NCBI GenBank assembly: GCA_023229985.1
Contig: JALNYF010000004.1
Location: forward strand, 1 to 60,661
DNA from: Bacteroidales bacterium
GTDB lineage: Bacteria; Bacteroidota; Bacteroidia; Bacteroidales; WCHB1-69
Direction: 5' to 3'
Length of the DNA: 60,661 bases
Of this stretch, positions 1 to 9,999 are shown one piece after another (within the stretch, counting starts at the first letter, position 1; each line of letters begins with the position of its first letter). The notes beneath the pieces were generated by a model that was not told where the DNA came from, ran no database searches, and saw nothing but the letters and a program-made list of their open reading frames with translations. The position numbers and the translations under genes were made by a program.

Positions 1-343
1 GTTTCCGTGTTTGAAAAACGATGTATTCAAAGAACGTAAAAACGAGGCAAAGATACATCATTTATGAGCGGAATGCAAGAATTGTTAATAACTTTTTATG
101 GCTGTTTGGCATGTAGATTAATTTATTAGTAATGAGTAGATTACGATGCTTATTTTGGTGTTGCTGATATTTTCAAACAATAAATGAAAAATCTGTAGGA
201 TTTCAATCTTTATGAGATCACACAATAAAACATTTCCATCATTATTCTACCAACATACCATTTTTCGGCGTGATTAGGCTACTCGCAATATTTAATAATC
301 GGAATGAATGATTCTCAACGGGATAATAATAGTTGGAAATCTA

Positions 344-3300
344 CTACTCCGCAATCCGAATCATTCTGCTTTGACTGTGTGCCGTAAATTCCGCCGCGTA
401 CATACATTGTATCGTGGCAAATCCACTGTTAAATGTGCCTGCCTGATTGACTAATAAAGTGTATTCAAAGACATAAGTCCCTTGTGGCAGAAAATCAAAA
501 AAGAAATTGACGGAAGCATCTTTATAGGATTCATAGTAGAATAAACCACCCTGATAGCGATAGCCGGATAGAGTCGTGAGCGGCTCAAAAGCAGCGGCAC
601 GTAGGTCTTTCAAATGCACAAACTCCATATCTCGGTCACTTTTCAAAATTAATTTGACTCGCAATTTGTCCCCTATACTTAAAGGGTGATTTCCATCTAT
701 CGCCGTCAGTACTTCTCCTCGTTCATTTATATCTACCTTATATACGGAACGTTGTATGGACAATGGCATATTTGATGAGGTAGCTTTGACGCTGTCCATG
801 TCCTGCCAAAACTGATGATAAACTGCGCCATAACTCAGCTGATTGTCGTTACGTGTTAGGGTTACCTCTGCATTTTTTTTGTTATTTTCAGAAAAATGCG
901 AAGTCATATCGCGTTTAATTGGTAATTGCCAATTATCTTGAAAAGTGAATGACTGCCCGCACATTTCAACGGTAACTCCGGAATCACTTTTTTCATTTTT
1001 TCCCGTTGTAAGTAGTAATGCACCACAAGCGTCTGCAGTGCTTCGCGTTGTGGACCAATTTTGAGTCCGTTTCTGTTGCAAAAGCCAGATTTTCATCATC
1101 TCAACCGATTCATTATCTTTTAAAATCATAGAAAACGCCTTAATCATCAAGGCTTGACGTTCAATCAATGACTCGTGCCAATAGTAACCCAATCCTTCTT
1201 TTTTCCAAAACATTCCCATCTCATCGGAATATTGCGCGCGCTTCTTTATTACACTCATTATTTGATGCGCCGTAACTATATGTGTTTCATTATTAATAGC
1301 TTGCGTCGTATCAGGGAGACTGTTGAATATACCGATTTTGTACAGTGCCAATGCCGACATGGTTTGCAGATAGATGCTGTTTTGTTTCTTTCCGTATTTT
1401 AATAGTTGTTTTTCATAAAAAGAATAAGCCTCAGTATGCACGGGAATATCTTTCAAATAAAAGCTGCGTGCATAAAGATATTGTATAATATTTGGAGTTA
1501 ACCAATTTTCATTCAAATAATTAGGATTCCGTTTCTTCATCTTTTCGTAATTGCCTTGCACCACCTTATCGATGTAATTAACGGAATTTTTTATCTTATC
1601 CCGACCGATAAAATTCCTTGAATCTCGAATGATTCCGGCTTCTTGCAAGCAACCGGCATTGAGCAGAATATATTGCGTAATGTAATCACTGCTTAATCCG
1701 CCGGGGAACCAAGCCCAGCCACCATCTTCATTTTGCGAATTTTCCAATTTTGACACCGCATCACGGATTCCTTTGCTCACCATTTTCTCATCAAATAGGG
1801 TAAAAAGATTTTGAATATTATTTTCTTCACTTTGCGCGTCATTCACCCAAGGGGTTTCCATCAAAATTGTTTGTTTAAGTTCCTCATTGATAGATAATTT
1901 TGAACGCAATGCTTCGGGTGTATTCTGCGCTGCTTCCTTAAGAAGATTCTTTAGTTCAGGTTGCTTCTTCATGATGGCGTTAGCAAGCAAATTTGAATAT
2001 AAACGATTGAAAACCTGCTCATTACATTCATAAGGGAATGTCATCAGATATGGCATCGCTAATAGCGCGTTCCAGTCGGGGTTAGGGGTAAATTCTAAAA
2101 CGCAAGATTGCATTTCCTCATTTACATCTATCGAATATTTTTTTGTTCCTTTTTTATTGATATAAAGGGGAACGCTTTCGGTGATCAACATTCGTTTTGT
2201 CAAAACCGGAATACTCTTTTCTTCGCCATCGCTATATGAAACGGCATTTTCGTCAGTCGTTATGGGTTTTGCGTTGGCGATGATTCGGTATGAAACAGCA
2301 AGGGTATTTGATGGCGCAACTATTTTAAAATCAACTGGTTGAGTCCCATTCGGTGCAATAGTAAACGGTTGTACTGCCGGCGAAGCCATGGTGGAGATAG
2401 GAATGCCGGTCTCGGTATTATAAAACTCAAGCGTAACGCTTCCTTTCATTGAATTTGCGCCGGTATTGACGATTTTAGCAGTCCATAACAAGGTATCGCG
2501 TTCATACAAAAAGCGCGGTGCATTGGGAATAATCATCAATTCTTTGCGGGTTTGCACAAATTTCTCAAATGTTCCCACTTTGGCGTCTTGTGTGTGAGCC
2601 AACCCACAACATTTCCATTTGGTTAAACTTTCGGGCATTGTGAACTCAATATCAATGATTCCATTCTCGTCAGTGCGTAAAAAAGGATAGAAGAAAGCCG
2701 TTTCCGCAAAGTTTTTACGAATCTGTATCTGCGGCTTCTGAGTGTTTACTTCTCCTTCAAGTTTACTGCCACCAGTTTCTTCAGCCAATGCGTCAAAACT
2801 ACAATCGACCGTTGTGACAGGAATATCTGCAGAATAAGTAAGATCATTAGCGAAAGCATATGAACGATAGTAATAATAATATGGATAATCATTAGTATAA
2901 ATCCACTCCGGATAGGGATTATTAACTCTTTGGAAATAACGATAATAGGAGTAACCCATAAAATATGGATAAGGCTCATGGAAATTGTAACTCATTATTC
3001 TTCGCTTCACATAATTAAAATCTATTGAAAAACTATTGATTGCCATTTCATCTAATGAAGCATCGTACATAGCGCATAATAATTCGGCGTTACGCAATAC
3101 CCCATTTTCATCTGTCAATTTAATCTTCCAAGCCTCTTTTTCTCCGGGTTGCAGTAAATCTCTGAATGTAACAAATTCAAAATTAATTTTTTTATTACTA
3201 AAAGGAATGATAACAGTGGTATAGTTCGTGTAAATATTTCCATTCTCAACGGAATAGGCATAACAATATAATGTCCCGCGCTGCTTTTCCGTAATGTTCA

Positions 3301-6232
3301 CAGGAATGGAGCATACTTCTTGGTTTAATTTACGCCATTCACTATATAATACTTCCGAGTTACTGATAATTTCAATATAAACATTGGCATTATTTCGGTA
3401 GGTCCCGACATCAAAAACAACCTTCTCCCCTACTTTTGCTTCCGACAGGTTGGACCTAACAAACAAATCCCTAAACACCGGACATTTTTTTTCTTGCGCA
3501 CCATAAATCGTGAAATAATACTCTCTTTCTACAATTTCTCCGTAACTATCTGTTGTAGTGAAAAATATATGATAACATCCGGCTTCATAATCCTCTATAT
3601 TGGGGATAGAAAAAGTAGTATTTTCGGAAGTAGTGCAACTTCCTTCTGCTTTAACCGATATAATTTCCCAATTTTTGGGATTTTCTTCACCGTGAAAAGC
3701 ATAAAAAGGGAATTGTTTTTCGACAAGCGGATTTGAATGTTGTGTAATGGCTTCGGATGGTGCAGCTATCAGGAAATGCTCAGGTGTGCGGAGACTTTCG
3801 ATTCGGTATTGAACAACAGAGGTTTGCGGTTGCCCTGACATATTAACGGTTTTCAATTCAAATTGATTCGGGGTTTCTCCTTTTTTGATAATTCCCGGCA
3901 AGTTGCACTGAATCAGCAATGATTTTTGGCTTGCCCGCACAGTAGTTTGTGCAACATGACTTTCGCCATTGGCATCGGTAACCGTTATTTCAATTTGATA
4001 ATAGTAAGCTGCAAGATGATCTTGTTGATTTTTATCCCCTTCAGCAATAAACGACAATTCAAAATTGCCTTTTTCATCTGTCAGTCCGCTTCCAGTGGCT
4101 AAAATCATCTTATCTTGAAAATTATCATAAGATAAGTATGTATATCGAAAAGGGAAATAGGTTTGGCGTGTAACGCTGTATGTGTAAGCAACATTCGGTA
4201 ACGGATAGCCGGCGAAAGCGTTTACTGCCCCCGAAATGGCTACGTTCTCCCCTATCTTATACAAGTCTGTTGGCGGATTGATTTCAATCTCAAATTGCGG
4301 ACGCTTATACTCCTCCACTCGAAAATAATGATACCGAACAGTCTCTGTGGGTTGTCGCAAAGAGGAGCATATTAGACTAAACGAGCCTGTCAAACCGTTC
4401 GCAGGAAGCTGAAAAGTGCCGGCAAAAGAGCCGTATTCGTTAGTGGTCAGCGTGTCTTTTGCAATAACTTCATAATTGGCATCTTTCAATTCAACCACAA
4501 ATCTCTGATTTTCCACCATGCACGATTCTGTCTCATCGCTGTTGTGATAAATAATTCCCTTATAATGAAGTAGTTGTCCCGGACGATAGATGGCTCTATC
4601 GGTAAATAAATTGCCGTTGTATTTTGCCAACGGACCATCCGGACAGCTAGCCCATGTGCTGAACGTAGGAAACTTATCATTCCCGTGACTCACATGGACA
4701 GAATAACCGCTTGCATTGACAACGGCTTTTCCGTTTTTGTCAGTTTTAACAGTTCTCATATAGGTGTCTATTTTCCCGCTCCTGTAATTGTTATTGAATA
4801 ATTCGATAACAGCTCCCTGAACCGGTGCGCCTGTCCTTCGATGAGTGACAATGAACTCATTCTTCTGTTGATTGGTACGAAAAGAGCAACTTAAGTCTGT
4901 CACTTGAAAAACGTGCCAAGCAATATGGATTGATTGATCGTATATGCGAACTATGGTATTGTGGAGAGGTTTGGGAGAAACAAAGAGAATGTATTCTCCA
5001 TACGGTAGCGCGGGAATGACTGCTAATGTTGTGTCAGAGCGATAGTTATTAGCCATCACCACCGAAATGGTCGTATCATAAACAATCCCTTGTCGCGAAA
5101 TAAGGACGGTTTCATCATTATCAAGATTGTAAGTATTTTTTAGGACGATTACATAAAGCTTTTTGCTACTGGATGAAGTGAGGGAAATTAATTCCGGAGC
5201 CGACGGAATCATTTGATTGATTTTAAAGTTAATAACAGTATCTTTAATCTTATTAATATTCGATTGTGCGTTAGTGGCAGCCAAAGATTCCGGAGCAAAA
5301 CGGATCGCTTTTTCATTCCATTCAACAGCTGTTATGTAATCATTTACCTGTGCGTTTTTTTGGCTTGCGCGGTAGAAATAAAAGAGTCCCAAATCCAAGC
5401 ATATGTTTTCATATCCTTTTTGTTCGAAATATTCGCTTGCCAACTGAAGAAGTGCGGCTTCATACAAGTTGCTTTTATCAGGAATAGCAATAAGATTATA
5501 GAGCTGTTGCAAACGATACAATGAAATGTCAATGATGGGTTCCGATGATTGCGTGTGCAAGTGGAAAGCAGTCAGCTTTTGCAAAACCCGCAACCAATGA
5601 TACTCAAAATTGAGAGAATCGGAGCAGACCGGTTGTAAGGCAATAAAATGTTCATTATCAGTAAAAAGCGTTCTAACATCTTGAACAAATGAAAAAGGGG
5701 ACGACGAAGTATTATTCATTAAGAACGAGCAAAAGCGAAATGCCAAGAAATCGTACAACGTAGGGCGACTATTCGTATTGTAGAGTGTATCTAACAGAAT
5801 TTTATAATCTGCAATTGGGGTTTGCTTTAAAACTTCATCGTCTTGAAGGGCAAGTTGATGATGAAATAGAATCTGTCGGTTAAGTTCGTTTTTGTCCCAC
5901 GTAAGGAGGTCGTTGGGGTCGATCATTCCGCCCGCGGTACGCCTATTAATTTTATAGGAAAAACGGTGCTTATATTGATCCAATAATTCGGCAGTTTGAT
6001 TATGCCATATCGCTTTTTCAATGGAAAGTGTCGCATTCTCAGGCAAATTCTCACAATTTTTCAGCAAAGTTTGCAGCTGCTGATAAATGGTATCAAAAGC
6101 AGGTTCTTCATCCAATTGATCTCGTTGCTTGTGAAAATCATCGAAAATATCGCGCATTTGCTGAGGCGAATGTTGGGCAATAACTGAAATACCCGACATT
6201 AATAATAAGAAACATAAAATATTTTTTTTCAT
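344..6232 (-). CDS. alpha-2-macroglobulin family protein (large secreted protease-trap type)
   Basis: 1962-aa ORF with an N-terminal signal peptide (MKKNILCFLLLMSGISVIAQ). It has the MG-domain style motif FTDRAIYRPGQ and a thioester-type CxEQ motif, FPYECNEQ (codons at 2015-2026 on the minus strand). Size is typical of bacterial A2M. Confidence 0.85.
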   Translation of the reverse strand: MKKNILCFLLLMSGISVIAQHSPQQMRDIFDDFHKQRDQLDEEPAFDTIYQQLQTLLKNCENLPENATLSIEKAIWHNQTAELLDQYKHRFSYKINRRTAGGMIDPNDLLTWDKNELNRQILFHHQLALQDDEVLKQTPIADYKILLDTLYNTNSRPTLYDFLAFRFCSFLMNNTSSSPFSFVQDVRTLFTDNEHFIALQPVCSDSLNFEYHWLRVLQKLTAFHLHTQSSEPIIDISLYRLQQLYNLIAIPDKSNLYEAALLQLASEYFEQKGYENICLDLGLFYFYRASQKNAQVNDYITAVEWNEKAIRFAPESLAATNAQSNINKIKDTVINFKINQMIPSAPELISLTSSSSKKLYVIVLKNTYNLDNDETVLISRQGIVYDTTISVVMANNYRSDTTLAVIPALPYGEYILFVSPKPLHNTIVRIYDQSIHIAWHVFQVTDLSCSFRTNQQKNEFIVTHRRTGAPVQGAVIELFNNNYRSGKIDTYMRTVKTDKNGKAVVNASGYSVHVSHGNDKFPTFSTWASCPDGPLAKYNGNLFTDRAIYRPGQLLHYKGIIYHNSDETESCMVENQRFVVELKDANYEVIAKDTLTTNEYGSFAGTFQLPANGLTGSFSLICSSLRQPTETVRYHYFRVEEYKRPQFEIEINPPTDLYKIGENVAISGAVNAFAGYPLPNVAYTYSVTRQTYFPFRYTYLSYDNFQDKMILATGSGLTDEKGNFELSFIAEGDKNQQDHLAAYYYQIEITVTDANGESHVAQTTVRASQKSLLIQCNLPGIIKKGETPNQFELKTVNMSGQPQTSVVQYRIESLRTPEHFLIAAPSEAITQHSNPLVEKQFPFYAFHGEENPKNWEIISVKAEGSCTTSENTTFSIPNIEDYEAGCYHIFFTTTDSYGEIVEREYYFTIYGAQEKKCPVFRDLFVRSNLSEAKVGEKVVFDVGTYRNNANVYIEIISNSEVLYSEWRKLNQEVCSIPVNITEKQRGTLYCYAYSVENGNIYTNYTTVIIPFSNKKINFEFVTFRDLLQPGEKEAWKIKLTDENGVLRNAELLCAMYDASLDEMAINSFSIDFNYVKRRIMSYNFHEPYPYFMGYSYYRYFQRVNNPYPEWIYTNDYPYYYYYRSYAFANDLTYSADIPVTTVDCSFDALAEETGGSKLEGEVNTQKPQIQIRKNFAETAFFYPFLRTDENGIIDIEFTMPESLTKWKCCGLAHTQDAKVGTFEKFVQTRKELMIIPNAPRFLYERDTLLWTAKIVNTGANSMKGSVTLEFYNTETGIPISTMASPAVQPFTIAPNGTQPVDFKIVAPSNTLAVSYRIIANAKPITTDENAVSYSDGEEKSIPVLTKRMLITESVPLYINKKGTKKYSIDVNEEMQSCVLEFTPNPDWNALLAMPYLMTFPYECNEQVFNRLYSNLLANAIMKKQPELKNLLKEAAQNTPEALRSKLSINEELKQTILMETPWVNDAQSEENNIQNLFTLFDEKMVSKGIRDAVSKLENSQNEDGGWAWFPGGLSSDYITQYILLNAGCLQEAGIIRDSRNFIGRDKIKNSVNYIDKVVQGNYEKMKKRNPNYLNENWLTPNIIQYLYARSFYLKDIPVHTEAYSFYEKQLLKYGKKQNSIYLQTMSALALYKIGIFNSLPDTTQAINNETHIVTAHQIMSVIKKRAQYSDEMGMFWKKEGLGYYWHESLIERQALMIKAFSMILKDNESVEMMKIWLLQQKRTQNWSTTRSTADACGALLLTTGKNEKSDSGVTVEMCGQSFTFQDNWQLPIKRDMTSHFSENNKKNAEVTLTRNDNQLSYGAVYHQFWQDMDSVKATSSNMPLSIQRSVYKVDINERGEVLTAIDGNHPLSIGDKLRVKLILKSDRDMEFVHLKDLRAAAFEPLTTLSGYRYQGGLFYYESYKDASVNFFFDFLPQGTYVFEYTLLVNQAGTFNSGFATIQCMYAAEFTAHSQSRMIRIAE

Positions 6233-6460
6233 AAGCAGAAAGGACTTCTGTATTTATATTTTACATCAACCTTTCAGATTTTGCGAAGTCCGTTGAACAA
6301 AATTCCAAAATAATGATGCATCCTTGACGTTTGCTTAATGTTTTCTTGATCGTGCTAGTTTTTAACCGCTCTATCTATCAATTGATACTTTCAATTTTTT
6401 TTCACCTGCGGTCTAATATAAACAGAGTAAATATGAACTCTTCCCCGAAATCATCAGTCT

Positions 6461-7294
6461 CTATAAGATTGCTTTTTTGATTTTGAGTAATTTAAGCAGA
6501 AGCGGTTTTAATTCATGGAGTGGCAGCATATTGGCACCATCTGAAAGAGCTTTTGCAGGATTGGGGTGGGTTTCGATAAAAAGTCCGTCAAAGCCGACTG
6601 CGACACCCGCTTTGGCAATCGTTTCAATGAGTTCGGGGTGACCTCCCGTAACTCCTTGAGGCTGATTAGGTTGCTGTAACGAGTGGGTACAATCTAAAAC
6701 AACAGGGCAATGATTTTGTTGCATGGCTTTTACGCCGCGGAAATCCACAATAAGGTCTTGATAGCCGAAAATAGTGCCGCGTTCTGTCAGCATGACATGA
6801 TCATTTCCGCAAGCGCGGACTTTCTCAACTGCGAAACGCATTGATTCGGGGGAAAGGAACTGTCCTTTCTTAATATTCACAATTTTTCCGGTTTGCGCGG
6901 CTGCAATCAGCAGGGAGGTTTGCCGTGATAAAAAGGCAGGAATCTGGATGATATCTGCAACTTGTGCAGCTTTTACGGCTTCTTCTTCGGTGTGAATATC
7001 GGTCACAATCGGCACGTGAAAATGGTCTTTCACATCTGCCAGGATTTGCAGTGCCTCATCATCTCCAATTCCCGTAAATGACTGAAGGGAGGAGCGGTTT
7101 GCTTTTCGGTATGAGGCTTTAAAAAAATAGGGTATCGACAATTCACGACAGGTTTCAACAATCGATTCCGCTATTTCGAAAGTGATGGATCTGTTTTCCA
7201 CCACGCAAGGACCGGCAAGAAGAAAAAAGGAGTCTTTTCGATTGAGAATGTCATTATATATGGGAGAAAAATTATCCATCATACTTATAATCAA
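6461..7294 (-). CDS. kdsA: 3-deoxy-8-phosphooctulonate synthase (KDO-8-P synthase)
   Basis: The protein reads FLLAGPCVVEN...FFKASYRKANRSS...DVKDHFHVPIVTDIH...IPAFLSRQT, typical of KdsA. The ORF-track start at 7294 is a TTG. The ATG pair at 7282/7279 (MMDNFSP) is the more likely start. Confidence 0.9.
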   Translation of the reverse strand: MIISMMDNFSPIYNDILNRKDSFFLLAGPCVVENRSITFEIAESIVETCRELSIPYFFKASYRKANRSSLQSFTGIGDDEALQILADVKDHFHVPIVTDIHTEEEAVKAAQVADIIQIPAFLSRQTSLLIAAAQTGKIVNIKKGQFLSPESMRFAVEKVRACGNDHVMLTERGTIFGYQDLIVDFRGVKAMQQNHCPVVLDCTHSLQQPNQPQGVTGGHPELIETIAKAGVAVGFDGLFIETHPNPAKALSDGANMLPLHELKPLLLKLLKIKKAIL

Positions 7295-8469
7295 TTATTT
7301 GGAATTAGAGGACGGTTTGTATAGAAGCGTACATCATCATCAGTAATGATTGAATCGCACAGGATAAGGAGTCGTTCAATAACGTTTCTCAGTTCGCGGA
7401 TATTGCCCGTCCACGGGTAGGATTGAAGTTCTTTAATGGCTTCGTCGGTAATATCGCGAGGGGGTTTTCCGGCATTATGGCTGATATCGTCTATAAAATG
7501 GCGAACTAAGAGTGAAATATCTTCGGTACGTTCGCGCAAGGGAGGAACTTGAATGACGATCACACAGAGGCGGTGATATAGGTCTTCGCGGAAGCGTTTC
7601 AACTTAATTTCTTCCTGAAGGTTTTTATTGGTTGCGGCGATAACGCGGACATTGACGGGAATATCTTTTTCGCCGCCAACACGGGTAATTTTGTTTTCTT
7701 GTAGAGCACGCAGCACTTTAGCTTGGGCTTCGAGGCTCATATCGGCGATTTCGTCAAAGAAAATAGTGCCGCCGTTAGCCAATTCAAAATCGCCTTTCTT
7801 CATTTTGATTGCAGAAGTAAAGGAGCCTTTTTCGTGACCAAACAGTTGACTTTCAATTAATTCAGAAGGAATAGCGGCGCAATTTACTTCCACGAAAGGA
7901 GCGGTAGCGCGGTCACTTTTATGGTGCAACCAGTGAGCGACCAATTCCTTTCCCACACCGCTTTCGCCCAGAATCATTACGCGGGCATCGGTATGTGCCA
8001 CCTTATCAATCAAGGATTTAATTCGATGAATGGAATTAGACTTCCCGATGATTTCATATTTTTTATCAATTTTCTTTTTCAGTGTCAGGGTTTCATTCAC
8101 CAGTTGCACTTTTTCGACTGCGTTTCTCGTACTAATCAGCAGACGGTTCATGTCAATCGGTTTCGAGATAAAATCATAAGCCCCTTTCTTGATGGCTTCA
8201 ACGACTTTATCAATGGTAGCGTGAGCAGAGATCATAATGATGGGAAAATCATAGATTTCCTTGATTTTTTCCAAGGTTTCGACGCCGTCCATTCCGGGCA
8301 TCTTCACATCTAAAAAAGCCAAGATAATTTTTTCTTCTTTGGCAACCTCTAATGCTTCTAATCCGCTACCGGCTTCACATACTTCATAATCTTCAAACTC
8401 CAATATTTCACGTAATGCCGTTCGAATGGAAGGTTCGTCATCAACAATTAATATTTTTCCCATGTGCAT
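7291..8469 (-). CDS. sigma-54-dependent response regulator (receiver + AAA+ domains, no C-terminal HTH)
   Basis: The receiver domain reads ILIVDDEPSIR...FLDVKMPGMDG. The AAA+ domain has Walker A GESGVGKE, a GAFTGA-type loop reading GSFTSA, Walker B IFFDEIADM and the R-finger region GNIRELRNVIERL. The protein ends about 25 aa after the AAA+ domain. An alternative ATG lies at 8463. Confidence 0.85.
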   Translation of the reverse strand: MHMGKILIVDDEPSIRTALREILEFEDYEVCEAGSGLEALEVAKEEKIILAFLDVKMPGMDGVETLEKIKEIYDFPIIMISAHATIDKVVEAIKKGAYDFISKPIDMNRLLISTRNAVEKVQLVNETLTLKKKIDKKYEIIGKSNSIHRIKSLIDKVAHTDARVMILGESGVGKELVAHWLHHKSDRATAPFVEVNCAAIPSELIESQLFGHEKGSFTSAIKMKKGDFELANGGTIFFDEIADMSLEAQAKVLRALQENKITRVGGEKDIPVNVRVIAATNKNLQEEIKLKRFREDLYHRLCVIVIQVPPLRERTEDISLLVRHFIDDISHNAGKPPRDITDEAIKELQSYPWTGNIRELRNVIERLLILCDSIITDDDVRFYTNRPLIPNN

Positions 8470-8499
8470 TGTGTTTGAATATTATGGTTGCAACTGTTA

Positions 8500-9147
8500 T
8501 TAAGCCTGAACCATAAAATCGACAAACAGTGCGGGAGTATGAACTTGTTCCATTGGGATCTCCCCTACTTTTACGATTTCTTTTACTTCGGCGATAACGA
8601 GATCGGCGGCAGTAGCCATTATGCAATTAAAGTTTTGAGTAGTGCCTTTATAAACGAGATTTCCGCTTTCATCGGCGATGCTTGCACCAAGTAAAGCGAC
8701 GTCGGCGCGCAATGGTTTTTCCAGAAGATATTCTTTCCCATCAATGGTCAATTTTTGTTTTCCTTCTTCGATAATGGTCCCAATGCCTGTTGGGGTTAAA
8801 ACACCGCCCAAGCCGGCACCGCCCACTCTGACTCTCTCTGCCAACGTGCCTTGTGGAACAAATTCAATGTCCAATTCTTTATTATTCAATTGTTCGATGG
8901 CACATTTATTGGAACCGATATGAGAAACAATGGCTTTTTTCACTTTTTTAGCAGCAATTAATACGCCGATTCCCTTTTCCGGATATGCTGAATCATTACA
9001 AATAACGGTTAAATCGGTAATATCGCTCTTTGAAATCTCTTCCAAAAGACGGTTGGCAGAACCGGCAGACAAGAAACCTCCTATCATAATCGTCATTCCA
9101 CTTTTAATTTTTGAGAGGGCTTCTTCAATCGAAATAATTTTTTCCAT
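8500..9147 (-). CDS. 3-oxoacid/acetate CoA-transferase subunit A (AtoD/ScoA-like)
   Basis: 215 aa, collinear with AtoD: GMTIMIGGF...VPQGTLAERVRVGGAGLGGVLTPTGIGT...EGKQ...LLEKPLRADVAL. No B subunit gene is adjacent. Confidence 0.85.
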   Translation of the reverse strand: MEKIISIEEALSKIKSGMTIMIGGFLSAGSANRLLEEISKSDITDLTVICNDSAYPEKGIGVLIAAKKVKKAIVSHIGSNKCAIEQLNNKELDIEFVPQGTLAERVRVGGAGLGGVLTPTGIGTIIEEGKQKLTIDGKEYLLEKPLRADVALLGASIADESGNLVYKGTTQNFNCIMATAADLVIAEVKEIVKVGEIPMEQVHTPALFVDFMVQA

Positions 9148-9239
9148 AATTTATGTGTAATTTAATTTGTTTATGTTCAACTGATAACTTTCTCGCTCTT
9201 TATGTTACGACCATACAACTTCTATGCGAAAATTCGTTG

Positions 9240-9247
9240 CAAAATTA
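9240..9247 (-). promoter_or_regulatory. candidate Bacteroidota -7 promoter box (TAATTTTG on the minus strand) for the CoA-transferase/sigma-54 regulator/kdsA block
   Basis: Matches the TAnnTTTG consensus, about 93 nt upstream of the ATG at 9147. Confidence 0.4.
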
Positions 9248-9515
9248 AATAAAACTTTTCAATAAACAAGGGCTGCGTTATTTTTTTTTATAAATAAGTA
9301 GGTGTCCCCAATAGATGCAGTATTATCAAATTTTATAGAACCCTTTAATAAATGATAAATAATTAAAAATCAATAAAATAATGATTAAAAAATGATGAAT
9401 TTATCAACCAATTTTTGTCTCTTCAGAGGCTAAAACTTGCACGATTTATTATTAATTCTTTGTAATTGGTTTGTTTTTCTTCTTTACTTTTTGTCTTGCT
9501 ACAAAAGGTAAAAAA

Positions 9516-9999
9516 ATCTATTAGTATCCGGTAAATTGAATTTATTACTGTATAGATTCAACATAAAGAAGTCTCTTCAACCCAATATGTTTTTTTCTCA
9601 ACTTTTCTTTGTCTTGCCAAAGAAAAGTTGCAAAAGAAATGCGCTTTGCCGCTACGCAAATTGTTGCTAAAAATTGAAATGTACAAGCTAAACAGCTCAA
9701 ACTTGCAACCTACGGTTGCTTCGAACAGTCGCTGTTTTGACGCTTGCACATTTCTAATTTTTTTAACGCAACGAATTTGCTAAGGCGGCGGGATTTGTGG
9801 CTTCGGTCAGACATATTGCTTCTGCCGGACATTTCACCCACCATGGCAGTCGTGATGGCAATTTTATAAGAAATTAAAATTCTTCGGATTTCTTATTCAT
9901 TCTTCGTAAATGTAAGCCTTACAAAATATAATGTTCGCAATCTGCTCAATGCTAATCAATTTATCAATAATTTCTATTATTTACCGGACACTAATAAAT
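9516..9999. repeat. imperfect 21-nt inverted-repeat pair bracketing a 442-bp non-coding segment (candidate MITE, invertible segment or structured RNA)
   Basis: 9516-9536 reads atctattagtatccggtaaat. The reverse complement of 9979-9999 reads atttattagtgtccggtaaat, which matches at 19/21 positions. The interior holds a perfect 13-bp hairpin at 9599-9630 and no ORF with coding character. Confidence 0.35.

Noticed and set aside
7628-9160. Numerous 60-130 aa ORFs antisense to or overlapping the regulator and CoA-transferase genes. The same pattern occurs inside sprA, uvrA, the A2M gene, glmS and others.
   Set aside because: All are embedded in longer ORFs that have clear family motifs on the opposite strand or in another frame. 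None has an independent signal.
9558-9749. The 63-aa ORF in the long intergenic region, and the possibility that the region encodes tmRNA, RNase P RNA or another housekeeping RNA.
   Set aside because: The ORF has no coding-like composition or recognisable family and runs through a perfect hairpin. I looked for tmRNA ends (GGGG...CCACCA, tag ORF) and RNase P conserved blocks. I found only a short GC-rich chance resemblance (aggcggcggga) without the required flanking T-arm or acceptor structure.
9537-9978. Reading the inverted-repeat-bounded segment specifically as a phase-variable invertible promoter.
   Set aside because: I kept it only as one of several hypotheses. I found no TAnnTTTG box on either strand inside the segment, no recombinase gene is nearby, and the downstream operon has its own candidate promoter outside the repeats.
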